Shown piece after piece: positions 1 through 8,104 of a DNA stretch of 20,000 nt; the stretch's first letter is position 1; each line of letters starts with the position of its first letter. The DNA is from an uncultured virus (IMG/VR IMGVR_UViG_3300036770_003021). Its lineage: Duplodnaviria; Heunggongvirae; Uroviricota; Caudoviricetes. Location of the stretch: positions 114,040-134,039 of IMG/VR virus record IMGVR_UViG_3300036770_003021. One strand, written 5' to 3'. Under the pieces are notes generated by a model. The model saw only the letters and a program-made list of their open reading frames with translations, ran no database searches and was not told where the DNA came from. Both the position numbers and the translations under genes were made by a program.

Positions 1-236
1 ATCAAAAATTCAACCCTATCCTATCTGGATCAGATTCGTCCGGGTCAGACATACAGGGGTGTATCGTGTCCCTCACGCTGTTGGAGTCAATCCCCAACAC
101 GCACATTGTTCTATCCCAGACACCTTGGCGGTTTTATGGGCATATTTAACCCACAGATTATTAGCCGAACACAGCCGTTGGTTATTGTTTCGGACCTAGC
201 CAAGTTCAAACCTCTACCGTTGTCTGGTATATAAAA

Positions 237-312
237 TGGTCGGAATGACAGGACTCGCACCTGCAACCTCCTAGCTCCAAACCAGGCCGTCTACTATTGA
301 CATTACATTCCG
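237..312 (-). tRNA. tRNA-Pro(TGG)
   Basis: Cloverleaf, anticodon arm CCTGG-TT-TGG-AG-CTAGG, encoded CCA; T-loop TGCGAGT. Confidence 0.9.
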
Positions 313-319
313 ATTAAAT

Positions 320-395
320 TGGCAGGGGATAAGGGAATCGAACCCCTACAGACGCGGGTCCAAAGCCCGCCGCGCTACCACTACGCAAATCCCCA
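320..395 (-). tRNA. tRNA-Gln(TTG)
   Basis: GCGGG-CT-TTG-GA-CCCGC, canonical TTCGATT T-loop, CCA. Confidence 0.95.
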
Positions 396-408
396 GTTGA
401 ACTTCATA

Positions 409-1092
409 TTAATTTATAATAATACCATAAGATTTACACCATTTTCTCACAGCATTATCTGACACACCATATTTTTTACCTAAACTCACCATTGTATTTT
501 CTTTTACTTCTTTTTCCAAAATTTCTTTGGTTGGTCTATCTGTTTTTCTTTTTTCATATCTTGGTTGATGTCTCCAATCAGGATTTATTTCTGATGGTTT
601 AATGCGGTGTTTATTTAGAGAACGACCCGCAAATGTAGATGTTTGACTATGACAATTCGGACATAAAAATTCTAAATTTTCAATTCTATTATCATCTGAT
701 ATTCCGTTTTTATGTTCTAATTGAAGAGTTAATTTTTCATTTTCCCAAATGCCATTATTTTTACATTTTGCACATTCATATTTTATTATATTAAATTTAA
801 TTAAACGTTTTTTTAAATCTGTTCTATTACAACGAGAATTTGTTGTCAATTTTTTTAATAAATCTTCTTTTGTAACTTGTCTTGTCCAATTACTTGATTG
901 TGTCCTAGAAAGGAAATGACTGGTATCAATTTGTAATTCAACAATTCTTTTTTTACAAGTTTTAAAATTTCCACCTTTATTTTCCATACCAAAGTGTTTT
1001 AGTAACTCAGACATAGTTTTGCTATTTTTTACTAAAGTTGTAAATTTTTCGTTTGAAACTTTCCAGATAATACTTGTTCTATTTTTACTCAT
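409..1092 (-). CDS. HNH homing endonuclease with C-terminal HTH
   Basis: CAKC...LQLEHKNG...DNRIENLEFLCPNCHSQT HNH motif; C-terminal LGKKYGVSDNAVRKW helix-turn-helix; inserted in tRNA array. Confidence 0.9.
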   Translation of the reverse strand: MSKNRTSIIWKVSNEKFTTLVKNSKTMSELLKHFGMENKGGNFKTCKKRIVELQIDTSHFLSRTQSSNWTRQVTKEDLLKKLTTNSRCNRTDLKKRLIKFNIIKYECAKCKNNGIWENEKLTLQLEHKNGISDDNRIENLEFLCPNCHSQTSTFAGRSLNKHRIKPSEINPDWRHQPRYEKRKTDRPTKEILEKEVKENTMVSLGKKYGVSDNAVRKWCKSYGIIIN

Positions 1093-1152
1093 ACATACAT
1101 AAATATGTAAGAACAGAATGAAAGTTCAATTTTTAATATTAAATTTATTAAA

Positions 1153-1227
1153 TGGCAGGGGATACCGGTTACGCTCCGATTCTCTCAGATTCAAAGTCTG
1201 ATTTGCTACTATTACAATCAATCCCCG
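1153..1227 (-). tRNA. tRNA-Gln(TTG)
   Basis: TCAGA-CT-TTG-AA-TCTGA, CCA; T-loop AGCGTAA. Confidence 0.88.
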
Positions 1228-1238
1228 GTTACTAAAAA

Positions 1239-1313
1239 TGGTGCAGTAGGAGAGAATTGAACTCTCATTTCAAGTTTGGAAGACTCACGTAATAGCCATT
1301 ATACCACTACTGC
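1239..1313 (-). tRNA. tRNA-Gly(TCC)
   Basis: GAGT-CT-TCC-AA-ACTT, TTCAATT T-loop, CCA. Confidence 0.93.
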
Positions 1314-1398
1314 ATTTTAATAAATTATTAGATGTTCAGTCATCAAATATTTGATGTGTACTATGAACCACGGACAGGTAATCTAATTTCTCATAGCG

Positions 1399-1489
1399 CG
1401 GAGGCGAAGGGTGCTGCCCCCTCAGTGGCTTTTTAAACCACGGCAATTTAGCAAATTGCTGTAGAAACCTAACTATCTACGTCACCTCC
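1399..1489 (-). tRNA. tRNA-Ser(GCT)
   Basis: GCAAT-TT-GCT-AA-ATTGC, long variable arm, G discriminator; no encoded CCA; T-loop GGCAGCA. Confidence 0.82.
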
Positions 1490-1573
1490 ATAAAATCTTT
1501 GACAATCTCCGATTTCTTCACGGGACGATATTATCAGTCCTCGGCTCCATTGTCAAGTGGAGTTGTATTAAAA

Positions 1574-1665
1574 TGGCGGTTGATGTCCGTACTGCCCGGA
1601 CCTTCGTCTTTCAACGAACCTAGTTTTCAAGACTAGTGCAGCCAGCTTATATCTGCCTATCAACC
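1574..1665 (-). tRNA. tRNA-Ser(TGA)
   Basis: CTAGT-CT-TGA-AA-ACTAG, long variable arm, GCCA end; T-loop GGCAGTA. Confidence 0.88.
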
Positions 1666-1673
1666 GTATAAAT

Positions 1674-1758
1674 TGGTGGGCATAGAGGGACTTGAACCTC
1701 CACGGATTTCTCCCCGAGCTTCTAAGACTCGTGCGTCTGCCAATTTCGCCATATGCCC
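1674..1758 (-). tRNA. tRNA-Leu(TAG)
   Basis: CGAGT-CT-TAG-AA-GCTCG, variable arm, canonical T-loop, ACCA. Confidence 0.95.
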
Positions 1759-1764
1759 ATAAAA

Positions 1765-1838
1765 TGGTCGGCCACGCCAGAATTGAACTGGCTCCACATG
1801 CTCCCAAAGCACGGATGCTACCGTAACACCTGTGACCG
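1765..1838 (-). tRNA. tRNA-Pro(TGG)
   Basis: CGTGC-TT-TGG-GA-GCATG, canonical T-loop, ACCA. Confidence 0.93.
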
Positions 1839-1860
1839 TTTGATTTGTTAATCAAAAAAA

Positions 1861-1935
1861 TGGTAGGCGGTAAAGGATTTGAACCTCTGGCCTTGACCGT
1901 GTAAAGGTCCTGCTCTTCCACTGAGCTAACCGCCC
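1861..1935 (-). tRNA. tRNA-Val(TAC)
   Basis: GACC-TT-TAC-AC-GGTC, canonical D and T loops, ACCA. Confidence 0.95.
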
Positions 1936-2083
1936 ATTTAAAATTTGTTGGATTGTGTACCTATCGTTGGTAGCCCTTATTTCTAAGGACCGGCGTCTCC
2001 TATTCCTTGGCTCGCCTCTACGGTTTTGATCTCAGTTCAAACTTTCTAAAGACTGTTGATGTTGTTTACATCGTTATATTTCT

Positions 2084-2111
2084 AATTTACCACACCTTCT
2101 CATTTTGTCAA
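2084..2111 (-). promoter_or_regulatory. sigma70-type promoter at head of tRNA array 1
   Basis: TTGACA-16 nt (ending TGTGG)-TAAATT; same design at 7188-7215 and 11192-11219. Confidence 0.7.
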
Positions 2112-2123
2112 CACCTAAAAATC

Positions 2124-2158
2124 AAAAACCCGTCATTCTTTTTTTGAAGTGACGGGTT
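2124..2158 (-). terminator. Intrinsic terminator of attenuator 1
   Basis: AACCCGTCA...TGACGGGTT stem followed by T run; 5' arm overlaps antiterminator. Confidence 0.85.
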
Positions 2159-2187
2159 GGTTCTTTTAGGAGCAAACAACCTCGCCT

Positions 2188-2241
2188 TCAACTTCCGGAT
2201 GGGAGTTGACTGGCTTGACTAGGTTGTGAAATTAAATTCAT
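2188..2241 (-). CDS. Leader peptide 1, MNLISQPSQASQLPSGS (17 aa)
   Basis: ATG..TGA directly upstream of antiterminator/terminator; Ser/Gln/Pro/Gly/Leu codons match the downstream tRNAs. Confidence 0.75.
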   Translation of the reverse strand: MNLISQPSQASQLPSGS

Positions 2242-2288
2242 ATTGTTACTAATATATAGTATTCAAAATACAAAATCAACAAAATTTT

Positions 2289-3197
2289 TTAAAAAGTTTT
2301 AAATCCACTCAAATCGAACTCGTTAACTTTATATCCAACACTTAGTGATGATATTGTATTATTTATTTCGGTTATATAACTAGGAATACTTGTTCCAACA
2401 CCAGCAGAACTTCCTAATGTCATATACCAACCACCTATCAATACTATTTCATTATTAATAATAGTAGAGACAATATTGCCGCTGTCACCACCAATTAAAG
2501 CTTCAAAATATTGCGCTCTATTAGGATCTTTTGATAGATTTATTACTGTGTTATTTGATCCATATGAACCATTAATACCTCCAAATTCTCCAATCAAAGC
2601 TTTTCTTTCTTGATCAGAATATAGTATTGGGAAATTAATTTTGTTCACATCAAAATATTTGGTGTAATTAGCTGGCAATACACTGTATACTTTTAATGAA
2701 TCATCAACTTCTTTATCCAACTCACCAATTAAAATGTCTGTATTACCCACTCGTTTTGTTTTGACAACATTGTAAGTAAGTGTAACGTTATTATTATTTA
2801 CAAAGAAAATAAGAAATGGAGTTGATGAATAAGGCACGTGATTTGCAAATAATACATGTTTCTTAGTTATAAGTGTTCCGCCGCCAACTCCTCCTAAAGG
2901 TACAATACAAGAAGAATATCCCGTCAAATTAATACTCTTTGCCCAACAATTATTGTTTCTAGGCCAATTATAAGGATTAACATATGGAGTTAAAATATTC
3001 TTGTCTTTCTTTTCTTTAATTAAATTGTCAAAGTTAGAATTGATATGTGACAACAAATCCAACTTTACTACATTTGTTGTTCCAGTTATTCCTGATGATG
3101 ATGCTTGTGATGATAAAGCATCTTTCTTTGCCTGATCAATTATTTTTTGTAACAAAATTGCGTGTTCCGCTAATAAACTTTCCATTATAGTAGGCAT
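2289..3197 (-). CDS. Trypsin-like serine protease
   Basis: GGTLIT..HVLFANH (His), TDILIG (Asp), GGDSG (Ser) catalytic-triad motifs. Confidence 0.8.
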   Translation of the reverse strand: MPTIMESLLAEHAILLQKIIDQAKKDALSSQASSSGITGTTNVVKLDLLSHINSNFDNLIKEKKDKNILTPYVNPYNWPRNNNCWAKSINLTGYSSCIVPLGGVGGGTLITKKHVLFANHVPYSSTPFLIFFVNNNNVTLTYNVVKTKRVGNTDILIGELDKEVDDSLKVYSVLPANYTKYFDVNKINFPILYSDQERKALIGEFGGINGSYGSNNTVINLSKDPNRAQYFEALIGGDSGNIVSTIINNEIVLIGGWYMTLGSSAGVGTSIPSYITEINNTISSLSVGYKVNEFDLSGFKTF

Positions 3198-3235
3198 AAA
3201 ATAAATCTTTCTTTATTTATAAATATGCGCAAAAT

Positions 3236-3263
3236 AAAAAACCCGCTTATTTCTAAGCGGGTT
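3236..3263 (-). terminator. Intrinsic terminator after beta-barrel gene
   Basis: AACCCGCTTA-loop-TAAGCGGGTT then T run. Confidence 0.8.
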
Positions 3264-3288
3264 CACATTTGTAATTCTACAATTACTA

Positions 3289-3987
3289 TTAGAAGGTCAA
3301 TTTCAAACCACCAGAATATACAATGTCACCACTAAATTCACGGGTTGCCCAATTGTACTTGGTAGTATTAAAGTTGTTGTCATACCATCCAGCACTTACA
3401 AATGGAGTAAATACACCAAATGAAGTTTCAAACGGACGAGTCAATGCCAACTTTGCATTTACAGCGGTATAATCTTCTACCTTACCATACTCAACTCCAG
3501 GAGTTACAACAAATCCAAATGGAAGTTTTTGAGCACGTTCTGCACCAACAAATACACCACTTTGCTTCAAGTCTACATCATAATATCCACGAACATATGG
3601 TGTAACAATCTTGTTTGGTAGTGCCAACTTAACACCAAATTCAGTGCTGTTGGGAATACCAAAGTTACCAGCTTGGTGACGAGTTACAGTAGTATCCAAT
3701 CGTGCGGAAAATACATCCTTCCACACATTTACTTCTTTTCCAGCACCCAAAGTCCAATGAGACTGATCTAGGTCGCCATTGGCCAAAAGAGTACCACCCA
3801 AATATACATCCGCATACTTTAAACTCTTTACAGCACCTACACCCACAAATGGCGTGCCTTCAGAACGAGCTACACCGTTAACGATGTACTGGTTGTTATA
3901 ACCAGCCTCTACTGAGATGTTAGAATTATCTCCAGCAGTAACTGCTAGAGCGGTCAACAATGACACTAATACTAATACTTTCTTCAT
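3289..3987 (-). CDS. Outer-membrane beta-barrel protein (TorF/putative porin-like)
   Basis: Sec signal peptide, alternating amphipathic strands, C-terminal GLKLTF BamA-type signature. Confidence 0.75.
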   Translation of the reverse strand: MKKVLVLVSLLTALAVTAGDNSNISVEAGYNNQYIVNGVARSEGTPFVGVGAVKSLKYADVYLGGTLLANGDLDQSHWTLGAGKEVNVWKDVFSARLDTTVTRHQAGNFGIPNSTEFGVKLALPNKIVTPYVRGYYDVDLKQSGVFVGAERAQKLPFGFVVTPGVEYGKVEDYTAVNAKLALTRPFETSFGVFTPFVSAGWYDNNFNTTKYNWATREFSGDIVYSGGLKLTF

Positions 3988-4125
3988 ATTTTTAACTATC
4001 CTTTTTGTTTGTTTTGTTATTTACACCACACTAATTCAGATTACAAAAAAATAACCATCTTTAATGCGTTTTGGGACCGTCCCAAATATTGTTGTATATA
4101 AATAGTTTTATATTTTTATAATAAA

Positions 4126-4449
4126 TTATTTATTTACCGCTGACTTTTTGAGTTTTTTATACAAAGCTTTGTCTTTCTCAGGCAAATAAACATACGACGC
4201 TTTTTGTGACTTTTTATTTTCACCCAAAACACTAAGCGTATCTTCACTTACCTCCAACACTTTACCAATAGCATTTTTAATAAACCTAAAACTATCAGTA
4301 CCAGATATTTCTATACAAATGCCGTAATTTAAACTTTTATATTGTACATCAGTAGCTCCATAAAAAGAACACAAAATGTCTTTAATTTTAGCCTTCTTGT
4401 CTTCACTAAAGACCAGATTAGCCATATCAATTTTACTTAATTCATTCAT
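4126..4449 (-). CDS. Hypothetical protein
   Basis: 107-aa ORF, TTGACA promoter-like element upstream. Confidence 0.7.
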   Translation of the reverse strand: MNELSKIDMANLVFSEDKKAKIKDILCSFYGATDVQYKSLNYGICIEISGTDSFRFIKNAIGKVLEVSEDTLSVLGENKKSQKASYVYLPEKDKALYKKLKKSAVNK

Positions 4450-4550
4450 ACTATACTTTTATTATACTTGTTAATGTCACATTGTCAATAAAAAATAAAA
4501 CGATTAATTTTTACATTAATCGTTGTACTTTATATAAATTTATTTAATTT

Positions 4551-4964
4551 TTACTTTGATTTTTTCATCAACTGCAACGCCTTTTTTAACTTTGGGTCTT
4601 GTTGAGCTTTTGATTGTAACCAAGCATTGTAATTGCTTTTTTCACTACGAGCGTCTTCACTGTCTCTATATAGTTTAGCATATTTCTTTACAATGTCTCT
4701 AAATGGATCACCACTTTCTTTAAGTCTGGCAATTTTATCTTTCAACATCTGTTTGTATTTCTCAATAGAACCATAATCTTTTGCTCTACTTGGATCAGGA
4801 TTTTTTAACAAATTTTCCAAGTCTTTGATGTCTTTAGCTTTATCAGTTTCAGATAAAGTAGCAGTCAATTTATCACTCTCTACTTCAGCTGCATTGTCAA
4901 AATCTTCAACTAAAATTTCCTTGGTCAAACTTTTGATTAACTTTTTTAAATCGTTCTTGGTCAT
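4551..4964 (-). CDS. Hypothetical helical protein
   Basis: 137-aa ORF with TATTTAT motif just upstream of ATG. Confidence 0.75.
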   Translation of the reverse strand: MTKNDLKKLIKSLTKEILVEDFDNAAEVESDKLTATLSETDKAKDIKDLENLLKNPDPSRAKDYGSIEKYKQMLKDKIARLKESGDPFRDIVKKYAKLYRDSEDARSEKSNYNAWLQSKAQQDPKLKKALQLMKKSK

Positions 4965-4999
4965 ATGTTATAAATATAAAAATTGTAAAATAGGTACAC

Positions 5000-5170
5000 T
5001 TATTTTTGTTTTATGCTTTCACTCCAACCAACTCTGTGTTTGGTCATCCAATCTACCAACGCTTGTTCAAATCCTATATCGTTTCCAAGTTTTTCACTCT
5101 CTATCCATTTATGTTTTTCAATTTCTTTTTTCAATTCCAAAAACTTTTGATAGAGATTACTTTTTTCCAT
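5000..5170 (-). CDS. Small DUF4032-like protein (56 aa; missed by ORF track)
   Basis: MEKSNLYQKFLELKKEIEKHKWIESEKLGNDIGFEQALVDWMTKHRVGWSESIKQK; HKWIESEKxGxDIGF motif recalled from small verrucomicrobial proteins; TATTTAT upstream. Confidence 0.75.
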   Translation of the reverse strand: MEKSNLYQKFLELKKEIEKHKWIESEKLGNDIGFEQALVDWMTKHRVGWSESIKQK

Positions 5171-5232
5171 ACCCAAATAAATAGAAAATAAAATGGAGTA
5201 TTGTGTAATATACGAATTAATTTTAAAATTTT

Positions 5233-5323
5233 TGGAGCACGATCAAGGTTACGCTCCTTGCATATGTATTTTCATACAATGATGTTTTGCAGACATCTCA
5301 GTTCTCTAGCTCTGTCATCGTGC
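5233..5323 (-). tRNA. tRNA-Cys(GCA) with long variable arm
   Basis: GATGT-CT-GCA-AA-ACATC, U discriminator + CCA; T-loop AGCGTAA. Confidence 0.8.
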
Positions 5324-5334
5324 TTTATATAAAA

Positions 5335-5409
5335 TGGTTGTCACGGTAGGACTTGCACCCACAATCTTCTGGGTCAGAACCAGCTGCGATTCTATTACGC
5401 TACGTGACA
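5335..5409 (-). tRNA. tRNA-Gln(CTG)
   Basis: CTGG-TT-CTG-AC-CCAG, CCA; T-loop TGCAAGT. Confidence 0.82.
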
Positions 5410-5411
5410 AT

Positions 5412-5486
5412 TGGAGCCTGCAATTGGTTTTGACCCAATATCTATCAATTTACGAAATTGATGCTTTACTATTAAGCTATACAGGC
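5412..5486 (-). tRNA. tRNA-Thr(CGT)
   Basis: TCAAT-TT-CGT-AA-ATTGA, GCC acceptor start, CCA; T-loop GTCAAAA. Confidence 0.85.
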
Positions 5487-5492
5487 ATTAAA

Positions 5493-6296
5493 TTATTCGT
5501 CCGCATTTGAACCAAAAATACGCTTCCAAAAACCCACTTTTTTAGGTTTTTCCTCTTGTTTTGATTCATCTACTTGATTAATTTCTTTTGATAAATTATT
5601 TGAGTGCTGATTTGAAATTTTCATCAAAACTTCCGCACCTTTTGGCCACTCACCCAATTTGTTTTTAAATTCATAACCACTTTTTTTCATATTTTGTCTC
5701 AAATTTTGAGCCAAAAGTGCATTTTCTCTCTTCAATTCCTCTATAATTTTTTCATACTCAACAATCTTGTTCTTCAAGAAATCTCTTTCTTTTGTAAGCT
5801 CTTCAATCTTAGCCACAAGCTCATTTTGATCTTTATCAGTCTTTGCAACTTTAAGCTCATCACTCAAATCTACGATCTCTTTAGTCATTTTTACAAGCGT
5901 ATTACGCAATGATTTTAAATCAGATTCAAGCGCAGATTTTTCTTGGGTCAAATCTTTAATCTTTATGTCTTTTTCATCAGATGATAATTTTAACTTCTCA
6001 GTAATATTCTGTAACTGAGTTAAATTAGTATGCAATATACTCAATTTATTGTCATAACTCTTCAATAATGAAGTCATTTCCACATTTTTTTGATTTAAAT
6101 TGGTAATCAATAAACTTTGATTTACAACAATCTCAGACTGATTAGCAACTTTTTTAGACAAAACTTTATTGTCTTTATTTAATGAACTAAATAATGCGTA
6201 TAATCCAAAAATTACCAATACAATTACAGCAATTATTGAATATAATACCTTTTTATTAGTAAACGAAAATGTTTGGGGAGAGTTTGTAGATTCCAT
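5493..6296 (-). CDS. Membrane-anchored coiled-coil protein
   Basis: N-terminal TM helix, long heptad-rich region, C-terminal GFWKRIFG amphipathic motif. Confidence 0.8.
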   Translation of the reverse strand: MESTNSPQTFSFTNKKVLYSIIAVIVLVIFGLYALFSSLNKDNKVLSKKVANQSEIVVNQSLLITNLNQKNVEMTSLLKSYDNKLSILHTNLTQLQNITEKLKLSSDEKDIKIKDLTQEKSALESDLKSLRNTLVKMTKEIVDLSDELKVAKTDKDQNELVAKIEELTKERDFLKNKIVEYEKIIEELKRENALLAQNLRQNMKKSGYEFKNKLGEWPKGAEVLMKISNQHSNNLSKEINQVDESKQEEKPKKVGFWKRIFGSNADE

Positions 6297-6349
6297 AAAT
6301 TTATTTTATTATATATATAATACCCTCACACTTAAATATATTTTTAAAA

Positions 6350-6423
6350 TGGAGCCTCCAGCAGGTACCGCCCCTGCGTTTCATCATTACCAATGATGTG
6401 TAATACTTTTATACTATGAAGGC
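6350..6423 (-). tRNA. tRNA-Thr(GGT)
   Basis: CATCA-TT-GGT-AA-TGATG, CCA; T-loop GGCGGTA. Confidence 0.88.
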
Positions 6424-6428
6424 AAAAA

Positions 6429-6506
6429 TGGCACACCCGGCAGGATTCGAACCTGCAATCTTCTCGTTAGAACCGAGTCGCTTTAGTCCAGTTTAGCTAC
6501 GAGTGC
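6429..6506 (-). tRNA. tRNA-Arg(TCT)
   Basis: CTCG-GT-TCT-AA-CGAG, canonical T-loop, GCCA. Confidence 0.92.
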
Positions 6507-6648
6507 GTTAAAATTACCCACCACTGTTCGAACAATGGTGGCACCAACACGATAGTTTGCTAATAGGCTTATTCGGTTTGTGTTCGTCGTCAACACAAAT
6601 CCCGCTATCTCTTTTACCACACGACCTGCTTCATAGAGTTGGTGAAAA

Positions 6649-6722
6649 TGGTTGACCGTGCCGGTTACGCTCCGGCGTAGGACGATTATCAGTCGTCTAT
6701 TCTGCTATTGAATTAACGGTCA
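6649..6722 (-). tRNA. tRNA-Ile(GAT)
   Basis: GACGA-CT-GAT-AA-TCGTC, ACCA; T-loop AGCGTAA. Confidence 0.88.
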
Positions 6723-6729
6723 ATTGAAA

Positions 6730-6805
6730 TGGCGAGGTATATGGGTGCTGCCCCCACTATCTTTTCCGTGACAGGGAAATGAGTCTGCTGTTCCTCTTAT
6801 ACCCC
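6730..6805 (-). tRNA. tRNA-Asp(GTC)
   Basis: TTTCC-CT-GTC-AC-GGAAA, GCCA; T-loop GGCAGCA. Confidence 0.88.
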
Positions 6806-6896
6806 AAAAAATTGGTGCTGTGCTCTCCACGCCGTCTCTGTGTTTTACCGATTGTACCGGTCGGCAGTCACTTATGGGGCCAGTTACCCATTAAAT

Positions 6897-6975
6897 TGGT
6901 GGAGCCAGTGGGTAATGCTCCCACACGAATCGTCCGGTTAAAAGCCGGCTGCCCGTCTATTGTGGCTTTGACTCC
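6897..6975 (-). tRNA. tRNA-Lys(TTT)
   Basis: CCGG-CT-TTT-AA-CCGG, ACCA; T-loop AGCATTA. Confidence 0.85.
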
Positions 6976-7069
6976 ATAAATTGGTGGGTCTTTCCCTCTG
7001 TCACTCTTTAATCCCTAGGATTTCAACCCCGGCAAATATCGGTTACGAGTTACCGCTAGACTTATAAAA

Positions 7070-7145
7070 TGGTGGAATCATCGGGATTTGAACCCGAATC
7101 ACGATATTAAGAGTATCGTAGTCTAGCCAATTGACTTATGATTCC
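7070..7145 (-). tRNA. tRNA-Lys(CTT)
   Basis: CGATA-CT-CTT-AA-TATCG, canonical T-loop, ACCA. Confidence 0.94.
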
Positions 7146-7187
7146 ATTATTAAAAATTTCTTCTTACATTGTCAACGAACTATAATC

Positions 7188-7215
7188 ATCTTACCACACT
7201 TTATAACTTCGTCAA
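7188..7215 (-). promoter_or_regulatory. Internal sigma70-type promoter in tRNA array 2
   Basis: TTGACG-16 nt (ending TGTGG)-TAAGAT. Confidence 0.65.
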
Positions 7216-7233
7216 CAGCTTTTTAAAAAAACT

Positions 7234-7983
7234 TTAAACGTTACTTTGTTTCTTTGGATATGGTTGAATTGACTTAATCAATCCACCCAATATTCTTTTA
7301 CCATCACTAGAATTTTGTCCGGATAAAATATAAATGTACATATGTTTTCCAGTAGCAGTTCTTATTTCAAATGGACTATTAGGATTGGTTCTTGCATCAT
7401 TTGCTGCATCTTTACCAGTTTCAAAACCATACTTCTTTATTTGTGGTAATCTATACACCCACTTGTTTTCTTTTTTATCCCACAAACGTTTTGTATCTTT
7501 ACTCTTGCCTAAATAAATTGCATTTGTTGCTTGATATATAGATCCAGTATGTCCCTGTCCACTATCAGCCCGTGTAATAACAACCTTTAATTCGGGATAA
7601 TCCTGTTTAATCTTTTTATTACCCAAACCAATTACATACGACGCCAAGTTGCTTAACTCAGGTATTTGTTTTGCCTCAGGTTTCAAATATAATCTCAATA
7701 ACTCAAATACTTCATTCTTTTGCAATAAACTGTTGCCCTCTGCATCTACAGCTATTTCTTCATAATCTTGTGGCTTGGTGGTTTGTCCATAAACAATCAC
7801 TCCTACCATATCCACATTACCATCTGTCTTCTTGTACATCACACCATAATTAGCAGCCACCGCCGTAGGATATGTCTTTAAATAATGCTGCTTAATAAAA
7901 TTCAATACTTCAGATTTACTCTTGGGTTCCAAATATACACTATCTTTCAAACCCTCCAATATTAATTCTTTCAATTTAATCAT
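7234..7983 (-). CDS. Mom-family (GNAT-like) DNA modification protein
   Basis: FELLRLYL...VITRADSGQGHTGSIYQATNAIYLG Mom-type motif; start moved to MIKLKE (7983) because the longer ORF overlaps tRNA-Phe and TATTTAT precedes this ATG. Confidence 0.75.
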   Translation of the reverse strand: MIKLKELILEGLKDSVYLEPKSKSEVLNFIKQHYLKTYPTAVAANYGVMYKKTDGNVDMVGVIVYGQTTKPQDYEEIAVDAEGNSLLQKNEVFELLRLYLKPEAKQIPELSNLASYVIGLGNKKIKQDYPELKVVITRADSGQGHTGSIYQATNAIYLGKSKDTKRLWDKKENKWVYRLPQIKKYGFETGKDAANDARTNPNSPFEIRTATGKHMYIYILSGQNSSDGKRILGGLIKSIQPYPKKQSNV

Positions 7984-8016
7984 ATGATATAAATATCTGC
8001 ATGCATCGTCAAAAAA

Positions 8017-8092
8017 TGGTCCCAATTGTTGGTTCCGCCCCAACCTCTCAAGTTCTTCAGACTTGCGCTTTCACTAGGTTAGCTTAACTGGG
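8017..8092 (-). tRNA. tRNA-Phe(GAA)
   Basis: CAAGT-CT-GAA-GA-ACTTG, ACCA; T-loop GGCGGAA. Confidence 0.87.
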
Positions 8093-8104
8093 ATTATAAA
8101 TCTA

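Noticed and set aside
1499..1556. Possible hammerhead ribozyme (CTGATA...GAAA)
   Set aside because: Core reads CTGATAA rather than CTGANGA and the stems do not flank the core correctly.
1568..1921. 117-aa minus-strand ORF
   Set aside because: Runs through four tRNA genes; spurious.
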